This document shows, piece after piece, positions 28,075-37,251 of a DNA stretch of 64,000 nucleotides. The stretch is from the IMG/VR virus record IMGVR_UViG_3300023202_000247, positions 186,001-250,000 of that record. One strand, given 5' to 3'. The position numbers and the translations under genes are program-made. The notes under the pieces are model-generated. The model was not told the origin of the DNA. It searched no databases and saw only the letters and a list, made by a program, of their open reading frames with translations. Numbering within the stretch: position 1 is the stretch's first letter; every line of letters starts with the position of its first letter.

Positions 28075-30048
28075 ATGAATTTAGATGAGGTAAAATATCT
28101 AGTTGAAAATGGTATGTCGGTGAGTAAAATTGCCGTACAACATAATTGTAAAACAAATGATATTAAAGATATAATATCGAAATATAATTTATCCTTAGTA
28201 AAAGAGAGCTTTTCTGATGATAAAATTGATGAGATATGTCATTTATATAAACTTGGAGTGAGTGCAAAGCAACTTGGTAAAAAATTTTCAATAGATAAGC
28301 GTAGGATTCAGCGTTGGGTTAAAGAGCGCGGAATTTTGAGAAATAAAAATGATAGTCATCGTATCAAGTTTTTTAATCAAAATTATTTTGATAAAATAGA
28401 CTCAGCAGCAAAAGCTTATTGGCTTGGTTTTTTCTATGCTGACGCTTATAATTCAATCAAAATAAATACATTTTCAATTTCATTGAAACGTGAAGACAAA
28501 GCGCATCTTGAAAAATTATGTAACATATTGAATTTAACTACTGAAAATATATTTGACGGCTATATGTCAGGACATCCATATTCAATATTAAAGCTTTACA
28601 GCAAGCATATTTGTTTAAAAATGACAGAGCTTGGATGTCCGGTTGCGAAAAGCTTTATCATAACATATCCGAACTGGATGCCAAAAAAACTTGAACATCA
28701 TTTTATACGAGGATATTTTGATGGAGATGGTAGCTTAAATTTCACTTTAAATAAATTTAAAAATAAAGAGTGGAAAGTTTCTATTGTGTCAACAGACACA
28801 TTTTGCGAATCGATTTCCAATATATTGCTTCATCAAAATATAAAATTTTCAATAAATAACATATCAAAAACCGGAAAAAATACTAGTAATATAGAAATTA
28901 AAGGAAATGATCAAACTTTTAAATTAATGAATTGGCTATATAATAATTCAAATCAAAATATTAGATTAGATCGAAAATATCAATTATTTTTAGATTTAAA
29001 AAACCAAATGTTTATTAAAAATAACAACATCAGTTTACAACTTGGAAATTTAATTGAAATTGATGGACAAAAATTATCCGCGAAATATATTAAACAATTA
29101 AACAAGAATGAACGTGAATCATTGGTAATGCCAATTTATAACCACTTCAGAAAAACTGGATGGCAATATCCAAAAGTACATAAAGACATTTTAATTAGAG
29201 ATTATCAAAAGCTTATTGATAAAGAGATAGATATTGATAACGTTTATTTAAACAATAATGACAGAGTTTGTACAAATATATGTCATCATTTTTGTGAGTC
29301 ATATTATAGAGCTGGAACTAGAAGTATAATTGATGTGTGGAATGATGATGAAAAATTCTTATCAGTCATAAGAAACAGACTTGTATTAGATTGGCAATCA
29401 AAAACCAATGAAACATTTAATATTACTGGAAGAATGATGATTCAGGGAATTAAAAGTATGATGCTAAGTAACCCTATAAGTATATTTAAGCCGGTCATAG
29501 CAAAATACATTTGTATGAAATATTCTAATCCTGGAGAGTTAGTTGGAGATTATTCGGCCGGATTTGGTGGAAGATTACTTGGTGCTACATCGTGCGGACG
29601 CAGATATATCGGAACAGACCCCTTAACCGTTCCTGATTTAATAGATATGGTTAAATTTTATAATTTAGAAGAAACGGTAAGGCTTCATCAAGTGTGTTCA
29701 GAAAATTTTGCATTGGAAAAAAACTCAGTTGATTTATATTGGAGTAGCCCTCCATACTTTGATAAAGAAAGATATTCTGATGAAGAGTCTCAAGCTTATA
29801 ATCGTGGTGAAAATTATTTTTTTGATGTGTATTGGAAAAATACATTAAAAAATGTATATCATGCACTAAAGCCAAACAAATGGTTCGGATTAAATGTAAA
29901 AGATGTGCCTCTTATGGTTGATATGGCAAAACAATTTTTTGGCGAACCAAAAGAAATTATATATCTCTATACTAGAAGAAATCACTTAAACAAATCTTCA
30001 AATAAATATAAATTAGAACCAATTTACATGTTTTACAAAAATGCGTGA
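28075..30048 (+). CDS. HTH-LAGLIDADG homing endonuclease fused to an amino (N4C/N6A) DNA methyltransferase
   Basis: KAYWLGFFYADA and HFIRGYFDGDG; C-terminal DYSAGFGGRLLG (SAM binding) and SSPPYF (catalytic); very AT-rich; likely start ATG 28075. Confidence 0.85.
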   Translation: MNLDEVKYLVENGMSVSKIAVQHNCKTNDIKDIISKYNLSLVKESFSDDKIDEICHLYKLGVSAKQLGKKFSIDKRRIQRWVKERGILRNKNDSHRIKFFNQNYFDKIDSAAKAYWLGFFYADAYNSIKINTFSISLKREDKAHLEKLCNILNLTTENIFDGYMSGHPYSILKLYSKHICLKMTELGCPVAKSFIITYPNWMPKKLEHHFIRGYFDGDGSLNFTLNKFKNKEWKVSIVSTDTFCESISNILLHQNIKFSINNISKTGKNTSNIEIKGNDQTFKLMNWLYNNSNQNIRLDRKYQLFLDLKNQMFIKNNNISLQLGNLIEIDGQKLSAKYIKQLNKNERESLVMPIYNHFRKTGWQYPKVHKDILIRDYQKLIDKEIDIDNVYLNNNDRVCTNICHHFCESYYRAGTRSIIDVWNDDEKFLSVIRNRLVLDWQSKTNETFNITGRMMIQGIKSMMLSNPISIFKPVIAKYICMKYSNPGELVGDYSAGFGGRLLGATSCGRRYIGTDPLTVPDLIDMVKFYNLEETVRLHQVCSENFALEKNSVDLYWSSPPYFDKERYSDEESQAYNRGENYFFDVYWKNTLKNVYHALKPNKWFGLNVKDVPLMVDMAKQFFGEPKEIIYLYTRRNHLNKSSNKYKLEPIYMFYKNA

Positions 30049-30051
30049 ATA

Positions 30052-30112
30052 GCTAGTTAGCAATAATTAGCAAGAAGAGATGCTGGTGTTTAGACACCAG
30101 CATTTTTCGTTT
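30052..30112 (+). repeat. diverged second copy of the post-capsid element including the terminator (copy 1 at 27949-28010)
   Basis: GCTAGTTAGCAA(T)AATTAGC...GGTGT-loop-ACACC...TTTTCGTTT, with compensatory changes in the stem. Confidence 0.8.
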
Positions 30113-30165
30113 ATATATATAAGATAAAATAGTCGAGTGATACCTGCATTTGAGCCATATAAAAT

Positions 30166-30414
30166 ATGTCAAAAAAGATATCCGATATTAAAGTTCATAA
30201 AATTTTAACTTTATATGCTGATGGCAATTCGACGCATGATGTATCTAAGCTTACTGATGTTTCTCAAACGCAAGTAAGAAGAATATTAAAGAAAAACAAT
30301 ATGAATATACGTCAAGTTAAAACCAGTAAAGATATTGAAAGACAAATTTGTGCATTATATGATTCAGAAGAATCATCTGAAAAATTGCCGCATATATGCA
30401 ATAAAAGTATATAA
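30166..30414 (+). pseudogene. truncated HTH N-terminus of a homing endonuclease-like gene
   Basis: LYADGNSTHDVSKLTDVSQTQVRRILKKNN, then a second HTH start that breaks off. Confidence 0.55.
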
Positions 30415-30420
30415 ATATGT

Positions 30421-31947
30421 ATGACCACTTCTGGATTTAACACCGGTAAAAAAAACTTTACAGTAAACTTTACTGTAAAAAATGTTTCATCCAAAAATAT
30501 TAGAGTTTTTGGATTTCCAATTCCACCAGGAAGACAACGCGATCTTCTAGCTATTCCATACGTTGGCGAAGATGATATACGATCTTCTTTGATAAAAGGA
30601 GAATTGTATAATAAATTACAATCTGGTGAAATAAATGTTGTTACAAGTAGCAATAATCTAGTAACATTTGATGATTCTTTTAAAAATTATCTTGGATCGC
30701 GTGGAGTATCTGGAATTACTATTGCTTTACCCGACACGAGCCAGGCGACGTGGTTCATCGACGCGGTGAACGGCGACGATGTGAACGACGGCGCGACTGC
30801 GGCCACCGCACTGGCCTCGTGGGGCGAGTTGGTCGAGCGGCTGGGCCCGAACCCGGTGTTCGCTAACAACAATGTGGCGATCATCATCCTGTCCGATCTT
30901 GAGGAGGTCATCGGCTTCACGAACATGGCTTGTGAATCGGTGCAAGTGTCTTTAACTGGCAATCCCATCGTAACGGCTAGTGGCACTCTCACCGGCGCTT
31001 CCAACGTCAACCGAACGGGAGGATCCGCCGCTCGGCAAGAAATCGAGCAAGCTGCATTTGATTGGACGCCTTACGTGGGCATGTTGATCCGGTTGAGCAA
31101 TGGCGCAATGGCATGGATCGATGAGGTCGATCCCACTGGTGGAGGCGTTTCGACGGCCAGCACGTCACGTTTCTATGACGTTCCTTCGTTCTCAGCATAC
31201 AGCCCGGTCGGAAACGAAACTTGGGAAGTTTTACGGCTCCCCAAGGTTGAGGGGATGGCTCTAAGCGGTAATGCGTTCGACTTCACTCCATCCTTCGATG
31301 CGCCCTTGTCCATCGAATTGCTGGACTTCGAGCCGACGGGCGGATCGGTGTTCGGCCGAGCCTGCTACCAGCTTGAATTTGGGGGAGGAGCATTCCCCGT
31401 CGTCATGAACAATTGCCGAATCAATACTGACTGGTTACGGTTCGGGCAAACGCCTGTTTCTTGCTCGAACGTGTTTCTGACCGATTCTGGAACATCCGTA
31501 TCCATTATTGGCAACAACGCGGTATCCTTCACAGCTGGGCTCATTAGCACGGGGACCCTGTTAGCCTACACGTCGAACATGTCTCATAGTACAGACATGC
31601 TAACGCGCGCGAAAATCGCTTTGCAGCCGGGAAGCACGATAACTGTGCAGGGCAATGGACTAGGAAGTTTCGTGAGCGGTGGAAACGCATTCACCGTATC
31701 GCCGGGCTGTACGTTGAATTGCGGAGATAGAGGCATATATGGTACCGGGGCTGCGCTGGCGTTCAAAAACCAGCCGGGAGGCACGATAACCTACGCCACC
31801 AATCCGCCCACCGGTATCCAAAGTGTGGCCGACCCGGCCAATACGCAAAATGGCGACGCAGCAAACACGCTCACCTATGCCGGCGGTGCGCCCGACTGGG
31901 CCACGGGCGACGTCAATCGCGGCGCTATCGTGCAGCCGGTATTCTAG
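30421..31947 (+). CDS. virion appendage/fibre-like protein: AT-rich N-terminal anchor plus GC-rich beta-rich cargo
   Basis: The first ~95 aa are paralogous to 34602; abrupt GC rise at ~30730; WFIDAVNGDDVNDG motif typical of beta-helix starts. Confidence 0.7.
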   Translation: MTTSGFNTGKKNFTVNFTVKNVSSKNIRVFGFPIPPGRQRDLLAIPYVGEDDIRSSLIKGELYNKLQSGEINVVTSSNNLVTFDDSFKNYLGSRGVSGITIALPDTSQATWFIDAVNGDDVNDGATAATALASWGELVERLGPNPVFANNNVAIIILSDLEEVIGFTNMACESVQVSLTGNPIVTASGTLTGASNVNRTGGSAARQEIEQAAFDWTPYVGMLIRLSNGAMAWIDEVDPTGGGVSTASTSRFYDVPSFSAYSPVGNETWEVLRLPKVEGMALSGNAFDFTPSFDAPLSIELLDFEPTGGSVFGRACYQLEFGGGAFPVVMNNCRINTDWLRFGQTPVSCSNVFLTDSGTSVSIIGNNAVSFTAGLISTGTLLAYTSNMSHSTDMLTRAKIALQPGSTITVQGNGLGSFVSGGNAFTVSPGCTLNCGDRGIYGTGAALAFKNQPGGTITYATNPPTGIQSVADPANTQNGDAANTLTYAGGAPDWATGDVNRGAIVQPVF

Positions 31948-31964
31948 CCTTCTCTACTCACGCT

Positions 31965-32500
31965 CCGTGCGGAGAACTAGATTCTGGCCAGAAGTTGCAT
32001 CTACTAGCGATAAATTTGTTAGAATTGTAGGAACACAACTTGGCGGTGCGTTTCCATTAGCAGAATTATCACATGAGGGTCATGCTGGTTTTACATCACA
32101 ATAGTTACGAAGTGGTATAAATAATTGGTCAGAAAATTTAGAATATACACCAACTCAAATTTTAATTTATGCTGGTACAAATAATTATCAAAATGGTGAT
32201 AGTGAAGCTGAAGCTGCTAGTGATATTGAAGGTTTATTAAATGATGTTGCTGAATTATTTCCTTCCGCTGATTTATTTTTATCAACGCTTCAGCCAAGTA
32301 CAGATGGTTCTAGAAATACGTGGCATTCTAATTTAAATACATTACTTTCAACGGTTGCATCAAACACTGGAGCAACTTTAATAGATATACAGTCTGGTCC
32401 TAGTGCAATATCATCAGGAGAAATTAGTGGAGATGGTATTCATCCGGATTCTTCTGGTTACCAATTGATTACAGAAACTTTTGGTTCAAATTTACTATAA
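31965..32500 (+). pseudogene. SGNH/GDSL hydrolase remnant
   Basis: HEGHAGFTSQ*LR...LIYAGTNN...DGIHPDSSGY in one frame, with an internal TAG at 32102; the N-terminal GDS motif is missing. Confidence 0.8.
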
Positions 32501-32640
32501 TCATAATGGTCATATATGGTAAGTTAGAATATATGCAGATTGGCATTCTGATGCTATGGTTGAAGATATAGAAAACCGTTTAGCGATATAGTATACTATT
32601 ATTTTCGGTTTATTATGAGTTACCATAGCATGGAGTTTTC

Positions 32641-32946
32641 ATGGTCAATACTATTACATATGGCGTAGATTTTAACTATTACAAAAGTTTTGTAGTAGCC
32701 AGTACAGAGTTTAAAACAAAAGCTGATGTACAATTTAGATTTCGTGGCCAATCGGGTTTTTCTCTTATGAATATGGGAGATAATGTTATTGAATATTCAT
32801 TCAATGGTACGAAAGTGCACGGCACGTTGGTTCCCGACACCGCAAGCGAGGCAATTCAATGGGATTTGAGAAGAGTAGACCACATATGGTTTAGAGTCCC
32901 ATCAGGATCTAGTGAAGTACGTATAGAAGCATGGGCCGGCCTTTGA
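32641..32946 (+). CDS. small beta-sandwich virion protein
   Basis: GGAG SD; the whole protein is paralogous to the N-terminus of the next gene (YSFNGTxVHG, RRVDHIWFR). Confidence 0.7.
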   Translation: MVNTITYGVDFNYYKSFVVASTEFKTKADVQFRFRGQSGFSLMNMGDNVIEYSFNGTKVHGTLVPDTASEAIQWDLRRVDHIWFRVPSGSSEVRIEAWAGL

Positions 32947-32962
32947 TATATAAGGGATAAGA

Positions 32963-34012
32963 ATGGTTGGACCAATAACATATGGAAAAGATGACTCATT
33001 TTTTGATCAATTAACATTTGCAAACACAACTTTTAAACAAAAAGCAGATGTTGTTGTCAACGTAAAATATGTTGATAGCTTTTATATGATTAATACTGGT
33101 GATGAAGTAATTCAGTATTCATTCAACGGTACGGACGTGCATGGTGACATGACACCTGGAAAAGGTAGTGAAGCTTTATCATTTTCAAATCGAAGAGTGG
33201 ATCATATATGGTTTAGGTCTCCAAGCGGAAATAGTGCTAGCGTCTCAGTTGGTGGCTGGGCTGGCGGCGGTAAATTCAAGCTTCGCACATCTAGCAATAG
33301 TGGTCACATCGCCTCTAAGTTTGGAAGCGCCGTCGCTGTTTGGGAGTTGGATGACCCCAATGTTGAACTGAACGGCTCCGATGTATCCAAGGTGCCGAAT
33401 CGGATCAGCCCTGGCACTTATGACTTGGTCCAGACGACGGCCGCGGACCAGCCGCTCTATGAGGCCACCGGGTGGGACGGCTCCGCACCGAGCATGCTCT
33501 TCGACGGCGTTTCGGACTTCATGGAGAGCACTGTTGGGGCCGCCCTCGGAGGCACGGATACTCCGTGGACCATCATCGCAGCTATACAGATCGTTACGGC
33601 TACGGCAGCGTCCAACCAGAGCCTCTGGGCGTTGGGGGACAGCTCTAGCAACACACCTTTTGAGATGACTTTACTTGGTACGACATCTATCTGGACCTTT
33701 AAAAGGGATGATCTCTACACGCAAGATTACTTCAATTATGGTCATAGCTACACGACGTCCCGATCGACTCTCTGTACGGTCACCAGCGGGACGAGCTACG
33801 ATCTCTATGTGGACGGTTCGCTTTCGAGCGGAGGCACGGTAAATGTCGGAGACATGACCGTCGATACGTTGGCCATCGGCATCCTCAAGAGGATCAGCAC
33901 TGGCAATCCGGCCAACATCCGAGTGGGGGCCATCTGGGTCTACGATGAGGAGCTGGATTCCACGGCCATCGCTGACGCTCACGCTGCGATGACCCAGAGG
34001 TGGGCAGTATAA
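32963..34012 (+). CDS. anchor domain plus GC-rich LamG/concanavalin-like cargo domain
   Basis: N-terminus paralogous to 32641; FDGVSDFM, LYVDG, IWVYDEELDS; GC rises after ~33290. Confidence 0.7.
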   Translation: MVGPITYGKDDSFFDQLTFANTTFKQKADVVVNVKYVDSFYMINTGDEVIQYSFNGTDVHGDMTPGKGSEALSFSNRRVDHIWFRSPSGNSASVSVGGWAGGGKFKLRTSSNSGHIASKFGSAVAVWELDDPNVELNGSDVSKVPNRISPGTYDLVQTTAADQPLYEATGWDGSAPSMLFDGVSDFMESTVGAALGGTDTPWTIIAAIQIVTATAASNQSLWALGDSSSNTPFEMTLLGTTSIWTFKRDDLYTQDYFNYGHSYTTSRSTLCTVTSGTSYDLYVDGSLSSGGTVNVGDMTVDTLAIGILKRISTGNPANIRVGAIWVYDEELDSTAIADAHAAMTQRWAV

Positions 34013-34088
34013 CTCGTAAGCAGCAACCTAAGCGTGCAGGTGATGAACCAACAAAACTCTCTAAGTCCAGGGAGAAGTACACGGGCAA

Positions 34089-34210
34089 ATAATGCCAGAA
34101 CATGTTCATTTATTCATTCAAGTCGGTCCTTTGGACCGACCGAATGATATATCAAAAACGTTAAAGAGCATATCAGCAGTACATATATTCGGAAAGTTTC
34201 CTAAATTTTT
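34089..34210 (+). mobile_element. tnpA: IS200/IS605 TnpA (Y1 HUH transposase) fragment
   Basis: IMPEHVHLFIQ..PNDISKTLKSISAVHIFGKFP matches the HUH region; both ends are missing. Confidence 0.7.
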
Positions 34211-34231
34211 AGATGAGTATATTCTGCCTTA

Positions 34232-34561
34232 TATGTCAAATGTATTTGTAACATCAAACAATAGAACATATGAAGAAGATTTTATAAATGCATATGAGAC
34301 TCCTGGATGGGGCATAATAACAATTTATAATAAAAAAGTTTAGATGATGTTGTTTATTACAATCCATCGGAAACATTATCTGTTGGAGATTATTATGAGA
34401 TATCCAGTGTACAAAATCCAACAAAAGTATTGAAGAGAGATTTTTATGATGGAAAAGCTATTCCATTTTAAATGGGAAATGCGCCAATGCCTCCAATTGG
34501 TGGTAGTATTTTAGCAAAGTATTATATTGGTAAAATAATAGATGCATTTTTAGTTAGATAG
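34232..34561 (+). pseudogene. decayed gene (frameshift in an A-run near 34335 and an in-frame TAA near 34469)
   Basis: MSNVFVTSNN... continues in another frame as SLDDVVYYNPSETL...KAIPF*MGNAPMPP... Confidence 0.4.
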
Positions 34562-34601
34562 AAAAGTTTTTGCTAAGAAAAAAGTTGATAATGGTGTTCA
34601 G

Positions 34602-35879
34602 ATGACAAATTTAAGCTCAGGTGTAAAGAAGTTTCCAATAAACTTTACCGTAAAAAATATATCATCTAAAAAACTTAAAATTTTTGGATATCCAATAGAG
34701 CCAGGAAGACAACGCGACTTATTGGCAATTCCATATGTTAGCGAAGAAGACATCAAACTGTCTTGGATAAAAGGTGACCTTTATGTCAAACGTCAAGCTA
34801 AAGAAATATCGATAGTTTCAAGTTCAATTAATCTCATAACATTTGATGCAGATTTTCAGTCTTATCTTCATAACAATGGTGTTGCAGCTGGTACTGAACT
34901 TGACCTATCTCCAATTCAAGAAAATAAATTAGATAGAAGTTATGATAGATACATCAACGTAGAAGATTTTGGAGCAGTTGGTGATGGCGAAACTGATGAT
35001 ACGGTTGCAGTACAAGATGCAATAAATGCTGCAAATGGTCAACCAGTTATTTTTACTGGTGGAAAGATATATTATTGTCCATCAGCACCATTGACTATAA
35101 CAAAATCATCATCACTTATTGGTATGGGTTTTCCACGTGCAAGATTGGATGGATATGTTATATATGATGCACCATCTGATCAAACCGAGTTGCAGTTGGA
35201 AAACTTATGGATACGCGGAACTGATGAAATATGTTTACTTTTGAAATCTCCAATAAGTAGAAGAAGTATATTTAGAGATTTAGAGTTTGATGGAGGTACT
35301 GATGCTGCTATTAGGATAAATAATAGTTGTATAGGTACGAGTTGGCAAAACATTCTTATTCGCAATGCTCCAAATTATGGTGTTAGAGTTGATGAAACTG
35401 TAAATATTAATGCAACACAATGGCGCAGTTGTAGATTCGTTGGTACTAAAATTGCTGGGTTTAGAGCCGGTAGCACTAAAGGATCGTTGTATGAGATTCA
35501 ATTTCACGGGTGCTTGTTTGAGGGTAACTATGGTACTGGTTTAGATATTGAATGTGGAGTTAACTTTAATGTAACAGGGTGTCATTTTGAACAAAATGAT
35601 GGATATGATATTATAATGGGAAGCAATAACGGTATAGTTGCGTGTAGGCTTAGATTGGTAGACACAGTATTTTCTGCTCAGGGAGATGATAACCCGCCCC
35701 CGCGCAGAATATTATTTAGAAATCATCATTCTGTGTTGATATTAGACAATGCTCATAGTGGCGCAAGTGTAGATGGTCAAAATCAAACGGCAGGTTCTAT
35801 AATTCACATATTAAATTATTTTGGCAGTATATTAATTGATAATTTTCCTGCTGAGAAAATAAAACAATGGCCAGAATAA
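34602..35879 (+). CDS. anchor domain plus pectate-lyase-like beta-helix (tailspike-like) protein
   Basis: INVEDFGAVGDGETDDTVAVQDAINAA (pectate_lyase_3 start) and beta-helix repeats; N-terminus paralogous to 30421. Confidence 0.8.
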   Translation: MTNLSSGVKKFPINFTVKNISSKKLKIFGYPIEPGRQRDLLAIPYVSEEDIKLSWIKGDLYVKRQAKEISIVSSSINLITFDADFQSYLHNNGVAAGTELDLSPIQENKLDRSYDRYINVEDFGAVGDGETDDTVAVQDAINAANGQPVIFTGGKIYYCPSAPLTITKSSSLIGMGFPRARLDGYVIYDAPSDQTELQLENLWIRGTDEICLLLKSPISRRSIFRDLEFDGGTDAAIRINNSCIGTSWQNILIRNAPNYGVRVDETVNINATQWRSCRFVGTKIAGFRAGSTKGSLYEIQFHGCLFEGNYGTGLDIECGVNFNVTGCHFEQNDGYDIIMGSNNGIVACRLRLVDTVFSAQGDDNPPPRRILFRNHHSVLILDNAHSGASVDGQNQTAGSIIHILNYFGSILIDNFPAEKIKQWPE

Positions 35880-35902
35880 TTGCAATATTTTAACATATCA
35901 TC

Positions 35903-36880
35903 ATGGCTCTTCCTGAAAAAAAATTGCTTAAATTAAAGCAAAAATATCAAAATATTCTTGCTAAATTTAAAGTAAAACATCTTTGGAAATCTGCTGTTGA
36001 ACTCATCCATTCCGATCCCTCAAAGGGTAAATTTAGAAACTGGATGCTAACTCAATTAAAAAATGGATATGATATTGAAGATATTTTACCAACAGTAAAA
36101 TATCTTCATCAACATCAAAAATCTTTCAAAGATATTAACGAATACTCTGATCTGAAAGAATTAGAAGATGAAATAAAAGAAAGAGAGTTAAAAAAACAAA
36201 AAGATGTAAATGTAAAAAAATCTGGAAGAACTAAAATATGGGAAAACGACTCTTGGACCCTACTAAGAATAAATTCTAAAGCTGCGGCTCAGAAATATGG
36301 TAAGGGGTCTAGATGGTGTATTACCATGCATGATGCTTCGTATTATGAACAATACAAAGCATCAAATATCATATTTTATTACTTAGTACCAAAGTTTGAA
36401 ACAAATGAAAAATATGCTTTTGCTGTAAAAAGAAATTTCGATAATGAAATTATCGAAATTGAAATATTTGATGAAAATGATAATGTTGTAGATTCTGCAC
36501 CAGATTATTCTGAATATGAAAATTTGATGAAACAAGATGCTGAATCTCAGCCTGAAGCTGAGATCAGCAAAATAAAGAGAAAGAACTCAAAATATTTAAA
36601 GTTTATTAATGAAAATTTTAATTTTCATCCAATGTTAATATCATCATTATATGAAAAATATGATGATATTGGATCAATTATTGTTAATAACCCAAATACA
36701 CCTCCTGAAATTTTAGATAAACTTAGTAATGATGAAGATGTACATGTTAGAATGCATGTTGCTGGAAATCCAAATAATAAACAGCAACAAGAGCAACAAG
36801 AGCAACAAGAGCAACAAGAGCAACAAGAGCAACAAGAGCAAGTTCCAAAAATTAAACAGTATTATTCTTCTATTTATTGA
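35903..36880 (+). CDS. protein with YGxGxxWC motif (PcfJ-related), one LRV repeat and a QQE tail
   Basis: KYGKGSRWCIT; NPNTPPEILDKLSNDEDVHVRMHVAGNPN. Confidence 0.6.
   Translation: MALPEKKLLKLKQKYQNILAKFKVKHLWKSAVELIHSDPSKGKFRNWMLTQLKNGYDIEDILPTVKYLHQHQKSFKDINEYSDLKELEDEIKERELKKQKDVNVKKSGRTKIWENDSWTLLRINSKAAAQKYGKGSRWCITMHDASYYEQYKASNIIFYYLVPKFETNEKYAFAVKRNFDNEIIEIEIFDENDNVVDSAPDYSEYENLMKQDAESQPEAEISKIKRKNSKYLKFINENFNFHPMLISSLYEKYDDIGSIIVNNPNTPPEILDKLSNDEDVHVRMHVAGNPNNKQQQEQQEQQEQQEQQEQQEQVPKIKQYYSSIY
36783..36842 (+). repeat. 9-bp tandem repeat (AGCAACAAG) x~6.5 encoding QQE
   Basis: Directly visible in the sequence. Confidence 0.95.
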
Positions 36881-36884
36881 AGGA

Positions 36885-37202
36885 ATGGTTTTTCCTGAAA
36901 ATATTGATGAAAAAGAAAATGTTTATATTTTAGCAAAATATCCAAATCTTAATATTGAGCAAATTCATGGTTTATTAAAATTTAACGATGAGATCATCAA
37001 TCAAATTTTGATTGATAATCCATCTGTTCCTGAAGATATAAAACAAATTTTAAAAACGGAAGAGTATGTTGAGAAATATGATTCATTATATGAAGATGTG
37101 TTGAGGATGGCAAGTATATATGAAGAGTTATGTAATGATAAGAAAAGGTTATTAAGGTTGCCAAATATGTATGAATATTTGGCAACAAATCTAAATTACT
37201 GA
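36885..37202 (+). CDS. small degenerate LRV-like protein with a VLRMASIYE tag
   Basis: Likely start ATG 36885 within the track ORF 36729..37202. Confidence 0.55.
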   Translation: MVFPENIDEKENVYILAKYPNLNIEQIHGLLKFNDEIINQILIDNPSVPEDIKQILKTEEYVEKYDSLYEDVLRMASIYEELCNDKKRLLRLPNMYEYLATNLNY

Positions 37203-37251
37203 AATTTTGCGTAACTGAATAGCTAGACTTTGATATATAATTAAATGGCAA

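Noticed and set aside
32102-32104. In-frame TAG in the SGNH domain suggesting amber recoding (genetic code 15)
   Set aside because: Long genes are intact under the standard code, and TAG is a genuine stop at 19180 (same ExxWL end as its paralogue), 25969 and 39319. The SGNH piece also lacks its N-terminus, so decay is the simpler explanation.
36729-36884. Phase-variable fusion of 35903 and 36885 through the 9-bp repeat
   Set aside because: The unit length is a multiple of three, so copy-number change cannot shift frame; the downstream ORF has its own ATG.
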